DNA of 30,783 nt from Tubiluchus corallicola. Lineage: Eukaryota > Animalia > Priapulida. Each line of letters opens with the position of its first letter. Position 1 is the stretch's first letter. A program made the translations under genes and the position numbers. Location of the stretch: positions 1 to 30,783 of the forward strand of contig JAQGDQ010001657.1 in assembly GCA_030141605.1 (NCBI GenBank). Direction: 5' to 3'. A model generated the notes under the pieces. That model had not been told where the DNA came from. It did no database searches and saw nothing but the letters and a program-made list of their open reading frames with translations. Positions 1 through 11,373 of this stretch are shown piece after piece.

Positions 1-26
1 AAGAAAATGACTTATTATATTGAATA

Positions 27-544
27 TAGTCTAGCCTCGTTATCTTGCCCCTCGTTATGCCGCCAAACTCATCTCTCGCCATAGAAAGTACCAGGACGGA
101 TTTCCTGCTTTGATATTTACCTCGTTAAGTTGCCACCCTCGCTTTTCGCCCTTGCCACGTCATGCTAGGATGAGTGCTTATGTAAACTATATTCGTTATG
201 TCGCCAAACAGACAAACTCAGAGGTGAATCGATCAATACATATACTGCGTGTCGATCAATATAACCGCGGTATGTAGACAATGCTGCTGTACTCAACAGA
301 CAGACATAATTAATCTAGTGTGTGTCTCACCAGGTTTAGATTAGGAGTGCTGTGGTTGGTTAATGCGCAGAGAAACTAAAGTGTCACCGATATCCTTACT
401 CTATAACACCAAAGCTGCGTTTAAGTTTGAGTTTCCACAAAGTGTGAGCAACTTCGCCGTTATATTCCCGTTATCTCACCATACTCGCCTCTCGCCAAAA
501 ATTTGCCCTAGACGGACACTGGCGAGATAACCGAGGCTAGACTG
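27..544. mobile_element. Tc1/mariner (pogo/Tigger-like) MITE
   Basis: Imperfect TIRs (T)AGTCTAGCCTCGTTATCTTGCC at 27 and GGCGAGATAACCGAGGCTAGACTG ending 544. TA flanks at 25-26 and 545-546. No ORF. Confidence 0.8.
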
Positions 545-910
545 TATTATCGATAATATTGAGTGAAAATAGGGGGTGCTGGAATTCCACAGAACCTATA
601 CTCGAGCCACCACTGCGTAATGTATAACAGAATGGTATACAGTTTGAATACAGATTTAGCAATGAAAGGCATAATCAACACACGGGTAAGGAGAATGCAT
701 TAAATGCGTGACGTACGCAGTATACAGTCATTTTATAAAGTTTGAGCATCTCTTGTGCCAAGGCTAACTTAAGAGGATTATAATCTAACCGCTAAGAACT
801 TAACAATTTATTATGCAGACAAAAGGAAATGAAGTGTCTTATAATGGAGAATTTGTTCCAGATTTGTTCTAGAGATTGGAGGATCTGTTCGATGATTAAA
901 ATATACTTAC

Positions 911-957
911 CTTTATATCATGCAGACTGTGGACACAAGAATATTTCTCCATTTCAT
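911..957 (-). CDS. Internal coding exon of unidentified divergent gene (DEMEKYSCVHSLHDIK)
   Basis: Minus-strand acceptor gttttag and donor AAG|gtaagt. The 47-nt exon is open and in phase (phase 1) with the donor at 2622. Confidence 0.6.
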
Positions 958-961
958 CTAA

Positions 962-1030
962 AACATAAACATAAACATAAATGCAAACACAAACACAAAC
1001 ACAAACACAAACATAAACATAAATGTAAAC
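962..1030. repeat. (CAYAAA)n hexamer microsatellite
   Basis: Tandem cataaa/cacaaa units. Explains the KHKHKH ORF. Confidence 0.9.
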
Positions 1031-1711
1031 ACATACATTATACAAAACAATTTAGCTCTTCAGATATTATCATTTTATCATGAAGTGGCAAAGTTCGTGT
1101 AGCAGGTATTGAGGCATGTTAGTATGCATTCAATTGTACAGGTAAGGATTCTATCAGATGGTTAATGGAAGAGGCTTCGCTTATAGGCCATGAAGCCGAT
1201 AAAATTAATGATGCCAAAAGGCTGCAACTGTTCACAATGCTTAAGAAAAATAGTATTTCTACTATTATATTAATACTAACCTAATTTGAAACAGGTTAGA
1301 CTTTTTGGAAAACATTTCTACAAATAATTATGCTTTCTTTGTTACTTTTTCATTGTCTTTTTTCATTACCATTGTTTTTTTTTGGAATGGGTCATTAAGT
1401 TTCCTTAAGGCCTGTTGTTAATAACGACAGAAGTCAATTAATGTTAATAACGTTAATATCTATGTTAATAACAATGGCATTAACACCAGTTGCTAATGAT
1501 GACAGGCAATTTATGGCCATTAATACCTTGTCATTCTCATTTACGACTGACATTGTATAAATAAGGTCTGCATTAGGAACATTAATGTGCAAAGAATGCC
1601 CCTGGTATTAGTTATAATATTGGTATAATACCCAGTTTTAACTTACTTCAAAGTTGTACCAATAAAGTGGTTGTAATCGTGAAATTTTAGACAACTCTGC
1701 AGCTGCTAAAC

Positions 1712-2140
1712 CAGGGATGTGCAAATTGCAGCCCGCCGAGAGAATTTGTCAACCTAATGATAGTGCGGCCTGGGCGATTAATTGAGTGTATCCAGCTGAA
1801 GTCCGTGCCATGATCCCAAAGATAGTGTGGGTAGTTTTTTCTACTAGATTGGATGCCATTAACCCTTACAAGATGGTTGTAGCTTAACGTCACTGTACTA
1901 CGCAGACTGTGTGATACACATTACTAATATGCATTGCAATGAAATTACCACTATCTGTCCTGAAAGTAGAAATATATGGTTTGTAATATAAATTTTAATA
2001 ACTTCTAAAATAGTTTCTTGAGTGTAATAGTAATGATGTACGCAGGTCGGATGCAAAAAATTGTTATTAGGCCTTTCTGTACTTGGCTCCTTGATCAAAC
2101 TGCCTGTGGCCCGGCTAGTCAGATAATTTGCACACCCCTG
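1712..2140. mobile_element. hAT-family MITE (family A, copy 1, internally deleted)
   Basis: TIRs CAGGGATGTGCAAATT / AATTTGCACACCCCTG. 8-bp TSD tgctaaac/tgataaac (7/8). Homologous to 8474-8960 and 15463-15944. Confidence 0.9.
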
Positions 2141-2621
2141 TGATAAACAAAGTGAATAAGCCGTTTCACAGCTTTGGTGTGCTCACGCACAGTTGCTGTA
2201 GGTCAAAGGTTAAGTGAACTCCAGCAGTGTGTCTTAACTACAACTGTCACGTGATATGTGGGTAAAGTAAAGCTGTCTGCAATGTCAGTTCAGTAACTTT
2301 TGTTGCGATGCCATCTCCTTGTTATTTTATGCGGACTTTACTTAATTATGCATTATGCATTAATTAGCTGTGCAATGTAGATTAATTTACTAGCAGGATC
2401 TTGCTTGGGAACAAGAAAAAATGAACTAGGTAAAGTTGTATCTAGCTGTTAAAACTGTTGCTATTACAAAAGCACGGGCTGCGAAGCATTGTCAAGTGTA
2501 CACAAATGTGTTATCTGGTACACTTGACTTTTGAGCTTTTCATGATCATCATCAATCGCTGGAACTGTGAAAAGGCTTATTTATGCTCCCAGCTTATGAG
2601 CTTCATTTGAAAAAATCCTAC

Positions 2622-3117
2622 CTGGTGTTGGTGTATTTGGGGGAGCGCTAAGCCAACCTCTCCCCTGTTCTCTCATCACTTTTGCTTGTGGTTCCGAGAG
2701 AAAAACGAGGATCTTCTTTTTCTTTTTCTCTACCAGTTCTTTCCTTTTTCGCTTTTTCCTCTTTTTCCTCGGTAATTTGCTCAAGTATATAGCTTCCACG
2801 GGAGGGGAATATTTCTGATTACTGTCAAACAGTTTAGCATTTTTACTAGATTCTGTTAAAACTACTGTTTTGTCGCTTGCTTCAGTATTTTCATGTCTTT
2901 TGGTCTTTACTGTCACCTGCGAGCTCATATCTAAGTTCTGTTTGTTTTTGTTTTCTTTAGTAATAGACCGTTTGTACCATTCTAGATTTTTGTCGCTTGT
3001 TTTGGTTTTTCTGCTTTTTCGTGTAGGCAGACGCGAAGCCGCCGATTGTCGTTCCTGTCTTTTGGCAAATTTACAAGGGTTTGTTGTGAGCAAGACATTT
3101 TCGTTAAAATCCATTGC
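2622..3117 (-). CDS. Large coding exon of unidentified Lys-rich protein (MDFNENVLL...KKRKKRKRK...WLSAPPNTPTP)
   Basis: Non-repetitive open frame. Acceptor tttttttacag directly before GCA ATG G (ATG at 3114). Donor CCAG|gtagga at 2622 is in phase with exon 911-957. Confidence 0.65.
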
Positions 3118-3731
3118 CTGTAAAAAAACAAGTTTTTTTTAATTTTTTTATTATTATTATCACATTCAGTACAATATAATGACATTAAGCACACAGTGAC
3201 ATCAAAATTACTACTTCATACTGTATTAAATTGTTATGCTTCATACACTATCGTTATCATAAAAGAATAATTGTACAGCAGTGGGCTAGAGAAGCAAAGG
3301 CTTGCATAAGCCCACTGTCATGTGAACGCGCTAAAAAAAGAATGGATGAGTGAACAAAAAAAGAACTGGGAGAAAGGTTAGATCACACAGGAAGGGTAGA
3401 AGGATGTGTTAGTGGAAATAGTAGGAAGAAAGATAATAGATTGCGCTATGTTGACATCAGCTCTAAAGATTTATCAATGATGCCTTGTTTTGCATAATCT
3501 CTACCAGGATTGTGGTACGACTGCTGAAGTAGGTGTGGGAAATTAGGAAGTGTTGTACTTGTTGAGAATCATTGCTCTGCATTTCTCTGTAAATATGAAT
3601 AATTTGCATCTTGCTGTCTTGTCAAGAATTGGTATTGTCATAATTTGCTCTAGTAAACTTACTAATGCTTTTCAAACTGTTTAACTGTACATTAGAAAAT
3701 AATTGGAAACATCGAACTTTGAAACGTTTAG

Positions 3732-3871
3732 CAGGGATGAGAATCTTCCTCGGATACGCGGAATTCCGAGTTTTTGGAAGACCAGTAGTGCCATTTTTGT
3801 AAATCGCATAAATTCGTTGAGAAAATTTTTACGGACCCAGTACATTATTTCACAAGCTGACCGCTAGTTGG
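3732..3871 (+). mobile_element. Truncated left end of CAGGGATGAGAAT-TIR element (family B)
   Basis: Matches the first ~140 nt of the full copy at 27382-27907. Confidence 0.85.
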
Positions 3872-3872
3872 A

Positions 3873-3933
3873 TAGAAGGATGTGTTAGTGGAAATGGTAG
3901 GAAGAAAGATAATAGATTGCGTTATGTTGACAT
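3873..3933 (+). repeat. 61-bp direct duplication of 3397-3457
   Basis: tagaaggatgtgttagtggaaat...tatgttgacat occurs twice with 2 mismatches. Confidence 0.9.
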
Positions 3934-4034
3934 GCTAAGTTATTAAGCAACAAGCCAAGATTATTATTAAATCCTTGGCAGCAAACGCACCTTAAGCAAT
4001 GATACCAAAAGATATCTTCGAGTCACTATCCTCT

Positions 4035-4345
4035 AGACTCTTCAGACTAGCGAGTTTTCTGTGACAAGTTTTCTCGTTGACAGTAATCTCGCTGGTGTGA
4101 TTTGCTTTGTGAGTTATTGTCGGCAAGTTATGACAAAATTTCTGACAGTTGCTGCGAGTTGATTTACTGTCTAGGGAATGCCTCAGGGAGTTACTCTCGA
4201 CACGTTTAGCTGTGAACAGAGAAGTGAGAGGCTGTACTTACTGTCAGAGAGCAACTTGCAGCAAGTTTTGCTTTCCAGTCTGAACACGTTTGCGAGTTAC
4301 TTGGCAAGTTTACCGGGCAAGAAAACTTGCTAGTCTGAATGCACC
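4035..4345. mobile_element. MITE, probably PIF/Harbinger-like
   Basis: Inverted repeats TTCAGACTAGCGAGTTTTCT (4041) and AGAAAACTTGCTAGTCTGAA (ending 4339). Right terminus reads GGTGCATTCAGAC on the - strand. Left terminus is degenerate and the TSD is unclear. Confidence 0.6.
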
Positions 4346-5319
4346 ATAAGAATTCCGATGCCTCACTCACTGCCAGTGCTTGAACAACTATTGGATCACC
4401 AGAAAAGTTTCAATATTTTACTGAATAGATCTTCTACAAGCAGTATCATAACTCCTAGCTAGAAAGGGCAAGAGGAAAATTTAGTCCAATGACTGGAAAA
4501 AAATGTTATTCTGCCAGCACAGAATGCCTTAATTACATAGTTTTGTTTTGTCACCTTAAGTCCAAAACATACAAGCACAGGACAGTACAAACTCCAGCTG
4601 CATTAAGGTACTCTGTTTTGACGTACTAGCAAAAGAATTTGTTATACCCAATTACTACATCTTGTAATTTGAAAATTATTGTTTTACCTATTTAATTTAT
4701 AAATTAAGCAGGAGTTGTGGGATTTTTGATTTCACTTAGCCATGCTACAAACTTTTTTATGTGCCATGCAAGAGAAAATGACACCAATGTAGAAAAACTT
4801 AATTAGAAAATATTAAAAATCTGAACCATGCATACGTATTGATTCACACAAGTTAACATTGCCATTTTAACGGTCGTTCTTTAATAATTTTTTACTAGAT
4901 TCTGTTAAATGAAGCATAATGTTACTGTTCAAGTCACTACTGCACCAATTATAGTAATTAGTAGTATAGTAATACTAAAGAGTAAAGTAATACTAGTAAA
5001 AGATAGTTTGGACTGCCTGGAACTCATACTGGAATCACGTCATTCACAAAGCTGAGAATACAGCCACATCTTAGCGCCTTAAATTTGATAAGCTCAAAAT
5101 GCTACCAAGAAGGCGAAGAAGAAGATAAAAAAGTGCTAACAAACCAGCTAGTCAACATCAATGGACAACCTATTCAACGGTATAATCGATGTCTTACTAT
5201 AATAGGACTACATATGCCACTTAATTAAGCTAAATTTAAAAGCTTACACATCACTTCAAACTGTAATCCAATAAAAAATCAAAAATAAGATGTAAAAAAT
5301 GAACAATTTTAGATGAATG

Positions 5320-5510
5320 ACGTTCCAAAAATGAAAGACACTCGATTGTTTCGCAACAACAGCTGTTTCATAGACGCGATCACCATAGCAATTAGCAATA
5401 TCGGTAACCAGGAAATCTTTTGCCCGCCCACGACAAATATTCGGTGGTGGTCAATGCGCTGTTTGCAAAAGTGCGCTATGATAAAAGCGTGGTGTGCTTT
5501 GCGAAAGTGT
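5320..5510. promoter_or_regulatory. Candidate (bidirectional) promoter region
   Basis: Locally CpG-enriched stretch just upstream of the UBA6 ATG, between two divergent genes. No transcript evidence. Confidence 0.35.
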
Positions 5511-5568
5511 ATTTTGAGCAAATTATTATTTTAGAAGTCTTGCATTTTTTGGCTTTTATTTGGCAACT

Positions 5569-5606
5569 ATGGAAAGCGTCCTAGATATTGATGATTCGTT
5601 ATACAG
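5569..5606 (+). CDS. UBA6: UBA6 coding exon 1 (MESVLDIDDSLYS)
   Basis: ATG in context aactATGG with an in-frame upstream TGA at 5515. E1 IDDxLYSRQ motif. Donor AG|gtacgt. Confidence 0.9.
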
Positions 5607-6091
5607 GTACGTATCAACTAAAAGTGTAAAACTCAGTGATTATCTGCCTCCATTGGAATGATCTAGGAAGCCAAGCTCAATGACACTGGCTCGTTGAATG
5701 CTATTGAGAAGAATTCTGAGTATAAGCACCATGAAAATTGACTGATCATACATCAGTGGCTCTAGCAGTTTGTTTCACTGATTTTTGCTGCTTTCTACAT
5801 CTAACAAAAAATCGGAAGCGTGATTTGTTGAAGGAATATGGAAAATGCAACGAATTTACAGAGATGTCAAGAAGTGTGAAATGATTACATACATATTTTG
5901 TGATATGTATTTTCAACTCACATGAGCTCTGGCAGAGAGTCTAATTGTTCATGCCATTAAGACAATTTCATTTTCACTTGTTTTTGGAATATTGTGTTTT
6001 TCAGTTGCCACCCTGAAGTGAAATGTAGTAAACTGAGGGCTTCTGAAATGTGTCGAAAGTCGAAAAACGACAAACTTTTTAGTGTACTGTA

Positions 6092-6358
6092 AGAGAGAGA
6101 GGGAGAGAGAGATAGGGGCAGGGAGAGGGAGGGAGGGGGGGAGAGAGAGAGAGAGGGGGAGGGAGCAAGAGAGAGAGAGGATGGAGGGAGCAAGAGAAAG
6201 ACAGAGGGGGAGGGAGGGAGACGGAGGGAGGGAGAGAGAGAGGGAGAGAGAGGAGAGAGAGAGTTGGAGAGAGAGAGAGGGAGAGAGAGAGAGTTGGAGA
6301 GAGAGAGAGAGCGGGAGAGAGAGAGAGAGGAGAGAGAGAGAGCGGGAGAGAGAGAGGG
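6092..6358. repeat. GA-rich polypurine microsatellite
   Basis: (GA)n/(GGGA)n tract. Explains the ER/LS ORFs. Confidence 0.95.
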
Positions 6359-6548
6359 ATTATTAGCAAAAAAATAACAAAACATTTTTTTTGGTTCTTG
6401 AGCAGTGGAGCTGGTATAACAATTAGATCACTTTTTAAGTTATTATTATTTCATGTTTTCATGCCCCGTGTGTGCTAGGTTATCTATGTTCAGTACAGCG
6501 TGCTTTGTGACTGACGTTAATAAGTGCCTATGTACTTTTTTAAAATAG

Positions 6549-6643
6549 CCGGCAGCGCTACGTCCTCGGCGACAATGCCATGCAGAAGATGGCTCAATCA
6601 AATGTCTTGCTGGTCGGGCTTGGAGGTGTTGGTGTAGAAACGG
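6549..6643 (+). CDS. UBA6: UBA6 exon 2 (RQRYVLGDNAMQKMAQSNVLLVGLGGVGVET)
   Basis: ag acceptor, gtaagt donor. SRQRYVLG is the UBA6 form (UBA1 has SRQLYVLG). Confidence 0.95.
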
Positions 6644-6676
6644 GTAAGTTTATTTGTTCCACGGTTTTTCATGTGA

Positions 6677-7250
6677 AATAAATAAATAAATAAATCTTTT
6701 ATTTTGCATTATGTTTACATAACGTAAATCCTTCTAATTGCAGGGTAATCAGACAAAATTAAATCACAACAGCCTTAAAGCTTTACAAACAATGTTAAGA
6801 AAGTATCACATCTGAAGTGTGCGATAAAGTTAGAAAATCATGGGTGGAGTTTTGCATAAAAAAGTGTATTAGGGAAATCATTGATAAGATGGTATTTATG
6901 TAAAAGTAGCTATGAACATGAGGGAGTATGTGTAAGGAGGGATGGTAAATTTCTGAATGACAGCTTTAAAACTGGTTTGCGACAAATTCAATAATAAATT
7001 TATGTTGATTTACATTCCAAACGGTGTGCACAAGTTATTTGAACTATACTGACTTTATAATATAATCTTCTTGGATGAGATTGTGATCTTCTACACAGAT
7101 CTAGGCATCATTAATACACAAACATGTTTTTGATAATCAACTCATTTACAATTTCAACAAATTTGTTGCAGGCATTTTTGTCATTCTTTGTCATTGTAGG
7201 ACAGTCTTTTAAAGCATGTTGCCAAACTTCCCTGTGCAATTTTGCTATTC
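6677..7250 (-). mobile_element. Possible highly decayed non-LTR (CR1/L2-group-like) 3' fragment
   Basis: Minus strand ends in AATAAA plus an (ATTT)n tail. Broken frames give VWN...SQTSFKAVI, resembling the LINE C-terminal WN..S..FK motif. Weak. Confidence 0.3.
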
Positions 7251-7702
7251 ACTGAACTAGTAATAACTACTGTCTAATAAATAGTACAAGATCGTCTAGA
7301 AAAAACTTTTCCTCAAATTAATCCGTAACCCTTCATTCTAGTAGAAAGTTTTGTAAAAGAGATCCATGTTGCGATGTGCCCTGGTCTCTCCTCCTTCCAA
7401 AAAAGTTATAAATTTCCTCCGAGGGTCCCACCCTGCACCACTAGGGTGGCTTTTCTGCACGGCGTTTTAGCAATAAGCAAAATGTGGCAGTTTTTTGGCA
7501 CTTTTCACGTGGTGCTGTTTTTAGAGGAACGAATGTGTAGAAAAACGTTCTAGCAGAACTTGGAGGAAAAATTATAGTTCTTTGGAAAGTGGAGAAACTG
7601 GGCCTATTTAGTTATTTGGGTCTGATTTACAAATGCCTGTACCATGTTGAAGGGCTACAAATTAGCTTGGCGAATATTTTTGGGATGACATATATGTATA
7701 CA

Positions 7703-7999
7703 CAATTAATTTTAAATCTATGAATTTTATTCGTATTTTTTCTGAATGCGAAACAAGCAAAAAAACACCTGCTAGGTGGCTCTGGTGAGCTGCGGGTCTT
7801 TTGGAAAGTGTAAACAGACCGTCTCAGTGGGTTACAAGTTTGCGGAAATTATATGCATACGCAATTAATTTTAAATCTATGAATTTCATTCGCATTTTTT
7901 CTAAATGAGAAACAATCAAAAAACACCTGCTAGGTGGCTCTGGCGAGCTGCGGGCCTTTTGGAAAGTGTAAACAGGCCGTCTCAGTGGGTTACAAGTTT
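7703..7999. repeat. Tandem duplication, ~159-bp period, 2 copies
   Basis: caattaattttaaatctatgaattt...ctcagtgggttacaagttt at ~7703 and ~7862. Confidence 0.9.
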
Positions 8000-8473
8000 A
8001 TATGGTGTTTTATTGTAAATAGATATTCACTTTACCGTAAAAATGAATAGAAACTTTTTCCATCTCGTTCTGCTGACTTTGTTATGCTGATAGTTTATTG
8101 AAGTTTGTTGTTAAAGGTGCAAAATATTAACTGTCAACTCATAGTGTGACATAGTGTAAACTGACATCATTCAAAACGCAAGTATTTAGAGTGAAGACAT
8201 ATAAGACGCGGGGGCAATAAGTGTATTCTCTCCCTTTTTCTCTTGACAACTACATATTCAGAACTTGCAAAGTCTGTATACTTCAATATGCTAAGTAAAC
8301 GGAAAGTAAACATAACTGTAATTGCGATGAAATTTAAATATTTGTTGAAAAGAATAATAATGCCTAATGACATTATTATTATCATAGTGTCAACTCAATT
8401 GTCAAAAGTCCTGATTTTGTAAACTGCTTTTTCTAAAATGGACAGTCACCCAGTAAGAACGCATTGGATAAAT

Positions 8474-8960
8474 CAGGGGTGTGCAAATTGCGGCCTGCCG
8501 AGAGAATTTGTGCGGCTCGCGAAGAGATTTGTCAACCTAATGAAAGTGCGGCCCGGGCGATTAATTGAGTGTATCCAGCTGAAGTCCGTGCCACAATCGC
8601 AAAGATAGTGCGGGTAGTTTTTTCTACTAGATCGGATGCCATTAACCCTTACAAGACGGTTGTAGCTTAATGTCACTGTACTACACAGACTGTGTGATAC
8701 ACATTACTAATGTTGCATTGTAATGAAATTACCACTATCTGTCCTGAAAGTAGAAATATATGGTTTGTAATATAAATTTAAATAACTTCTAAAATAGTTT
8801 CTTGAGTGTAGTAGTAGTAATGATGTACGCAGGTCGGATGCAAAAAAAATCGTCATTAGGTCCTACTGTACTTGGCTCCTTGATCAAACTGCCTGTGGCC
8901 CGCAGGAATTGCAGGAAAGTTTAATGTGGCCCGGCTAGTCAGATAATTTGCAAACCCCTG
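8474..8960. mobile_element. hAT-family MITE (family A, copy 2)
   Basis: TIRs CAGGGGTGTGCAAATT / AATTTGCAAACCCCTG. Flanks ggataaat/agctacat match only 5/8. Confidence 0.9.
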
Positions 8961-9055
8961 AGCTACATTATTTGTTGTATTTTCTCTTTTATTGATGGGG
9001 GTATTCAGACTATCTAAGTTGTAATAATATAGGTGCTTATTGATTTTTTTTTCAG

Positions 9056-9084
9056 CAAAAAATGTCATATTGGCTGGCGTAAAG
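9056..9084 (+). CDS. UBA6: UBA6 exon 3, 29-nt microexon (AKNVILAGVK) with GC donor
   Basis: Acceptor tttttttttcag. Encodes the conserved E1 AKNxxLAGxK motif. Donor AAG|gcaagt gives phase 0, matching exon 4. Confidence 0.9.
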
Positions 9085-9176
9085 GCAAGTATAATCAAAT
9101 TTGTTATTTTGTTTTGTTTTTGGCCTCAGTGCTGCAGTTATAGTATTAACAAACTGCTGAGATAGTGAATAATTTG

Positions 9177-9698
9177 TGGCGTGTTCATAGTCAAGCGGTC
9201 ATGCGAGCGTGCTTCGTGTAAATGGGTCATAATTGCCTTGGTTCGATACTGAATCTGAGCTGTTTTCTTTTAGTCATGCTAGCATGCTTCGTGTAAATGG
9301 GTCATAATTGCCTGGGTTCGATACTGAACCAGAGCTGTTTCGTTTACTGTACTGATTCTGGATGTTAACTCCATAGAACAAGGATGTATTTACACGTGAA
9401 TGTGGCTAAAGCACCTCTCATCTTAGAGAGATACCGTTGATAGTCAGCTAGGCTCTGGTCTTGCCTCAAACGCAGATGTTGAGTAGGTTCTGCAGTTGGC
9501 TGCTTGTTTCCGGTTTGCAGTGTGCCGGAATCTTAAGAGATCTAAAAGAACGATGGCCTCCAAGTATCTGTAAGGAATGTCTTAAATTGTTGATGAATGT
9601 CTTAAGTTGTTTTAAGTCTATGATACGCAAAGTATCAGACATCCGTGTCCGGAAGCAAGAAAGTATGTACATTCATATCTCCATTTGATTTAAAAAAA
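9177..9698 (+). mobile_element. Possible tRNA-derived SINE with internal 75-bp duplication
   Basis: Box A-like TAGTCAAGCGG (~9188). Box B-like GGTTCGATAC (~9240, repeated ~9315). A-rich end ~9691-9698. No clear TSD. Confidence 0.35.
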
Positions 9699-9775
9699 GC
9701 TATTGTAGTTTTCAATATTTTAGAGCATTCTTCATTTTGAACTAGTGTTTACACAATTGTCCAGTTTTCCATTAA

Positions 9776-10232
9776 CCCTTTCATACCCGTTGTATCCCAT
9801 GGGATACGAGAATATTTTCTGCCTTTAAAATTAATAAAATTTTAAAACTGACAGTTATTTGATCTGTTAATAGTTATTTTCATTTAAGCCAATAACAATA
9901 GACTAATAATGGTGATAAAATGGCAAACTAGAAAATCTACATAACATAAAAAACTGCACAAGGTACAGTACTTTAGAGACGACTTTGTACAGATCAGCAT
10001 AGTATGCATACTAAATGTCTTAAATACTTTAAAAAATTATCAGCAGTTGCAAAATTAAGCACATTTTATGCTTCCATGGAATCCCAATGTATCCCGTGGG
10101 ATACAGGCTATATTTAGCACGTGGGCACAGGTAGAAAAAATAATTGTTAAGTGTAAACAAGATAGACATACTGAACAAAAGTACCAAGCCAAAAATTTTT
10201 TCTTATTAAAAAATAATTTGGGACTGAAAGGG
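9776..10232 (+). mobile_element. piggyBac-like MITE (copy 1)
   Basis: TTAA|CCCTTTCA ... TGAAAGGG|TTAA. Inverted homolog at 23871-24330. Confidence 0.9.
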
Positions 10233-10333
10233 TTAACATTACGTTATTATATTGCTGCTTAGTATGTACTAAAGTTAAGTGCTATTTTCACATTATACAT
10301 GTATTGTATCCATGAATTTATTTTTGTTTTTAG

Positions 10334-10428
10334 TCAGTGACTGTACAAGACTGGCAAACGGCTTCATACCATGACCTCAGCACACAGTTCTTCTTGTCTG
10401 CTGAAGACGTGGAGTGCAAGAGGAACAG
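10334..10428 (+). CDS. UBA6: UBA6 exon 4 (SVTVQDWQTASYHDLSTQFFLSAEDVECKRNR)
   Basis: ag/gt sites. DLxxxFFL and NR E1 motifs. Phases match neighbours. Confidence 0.95.
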
Positions 10429-10556
10429 GTACTAATTAATAACTCTGTAATGATTACCATCAAGGTTCCATTTGATGCTTTGAACTACGGCTCATGGGTT
10501 ATTGATTGTGCTTTATAATGATTACTTTTATACATTGTACATTTGGTGCTCCAGAG

Positions 10557-11012
10557 CAGTGGTTCCCAAAGTAGGGGGAAATTACCCCCCGGGGGTAATA
10601 TGTTTTTTTTGGGGGGTAACGGGCACCTCTCTGAAAATTTTTAAAACTTCGCTCGGAATGCATTTTACGTAGTTTTCTTCTTGAAGAGACTGCCTCCGGC
10701 AGGCAACACTGTGTCATGGGGTCCATCATTCATTTCTTCTTGTTTTCGTTTGTTCGAGTAATAATTACTCGAACGAACCTGCTCACTCAGTAATGAGCAG
10801 GTTCAGTAATTGTAATTCCTGTTTTGGCAACAATACAACAACAACACCTGGAAATTTATTTATGTCACGAGCAAACATAAATAATTTTGCTTGCTTGTGG
10901 CATATACGTGTGTTTACTTTTTGAGTTGGAGAAGTAGTACTAGGTGGGGGGTAATGGACACGACCGGGTTTCCCGATTTGGGTAACGGTCCGAGAAAGTT
11001 TGGGAACCACTG
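10557..11012. mobile_element. hAT (Charlie-like) MITE
   Basis: TIRs CAGTGGTTCCCAAA / TTTGGGAACCACTG. Perfect 8-bp TSD ctccagag. Confidence 0.95.
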
Positions 11013-11029
11013 CTCCAGAGTATGACTTA

Positions 11030-11373
11030 TGCTGTGACTCTGTTTGGCTCACCTGTGTGGGCTTCTAGTTATGGCTGTGAGTTTGTGACTCTGATTGGCT
11101 CACCTATGTGGGCTTCTAGTTACGGCTGTGAGTTCGTGACTCTGTTTTGCTCACCTATGTGGGCTTCTAGTTATGGCTGTGAGTTCGTGACTCTGTTTGG
11201 CTCACCTATGTGGGCTTCTAGGTATGGCTGTGAGTTCGTGATTCTGTTTGGCTCACCTATGTGGGCTTCTAGGTACGGCTGTGAGTTTGTGACTCTTACT
11301 GGCTCCACCTTTGTGGGCTTCTAGGTATGGCTGTAAGTTTGTGACTCTGATTGGTTCACCTGTGTGGGCTTCT
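11030..11373. repeat. 51-bp minisatellite, ~6.5 copies
   Basis: Unit ggctcacctatgtgggcttctagttatggctgtgagttcgtgactctgttt. Confidence 0.95.

Noticed and set aside
571-615. hAT-like terminus (gccaccactg)
   Set aside because: No partner TIR or TSD within the window.
1407-1570. Possible small MITE
   Set aside because: Terminal inverted similarity is too weak and there is no TSD.
1687-1893. Three-member small protein family MTLSYN.LVRVN (also 8473-8676 and 15742-15945)
   Set aside because: All three lie in copies of the same hAT MITE, use non-ATG starts, and show no recognisable domain.
4555-4625. Upstream exon of the minus-strand gene (ttcttttgctag...aag|gtgaca)
   Set aside because: Plausible splice sites, but it has an in-frame stop and no independent support. 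At most a UTR exon.
5957-6385. Ser/Leu/Pro- and Glu/Arg-rich ORFs
   Set aside because: GA microsatellite artefacts.
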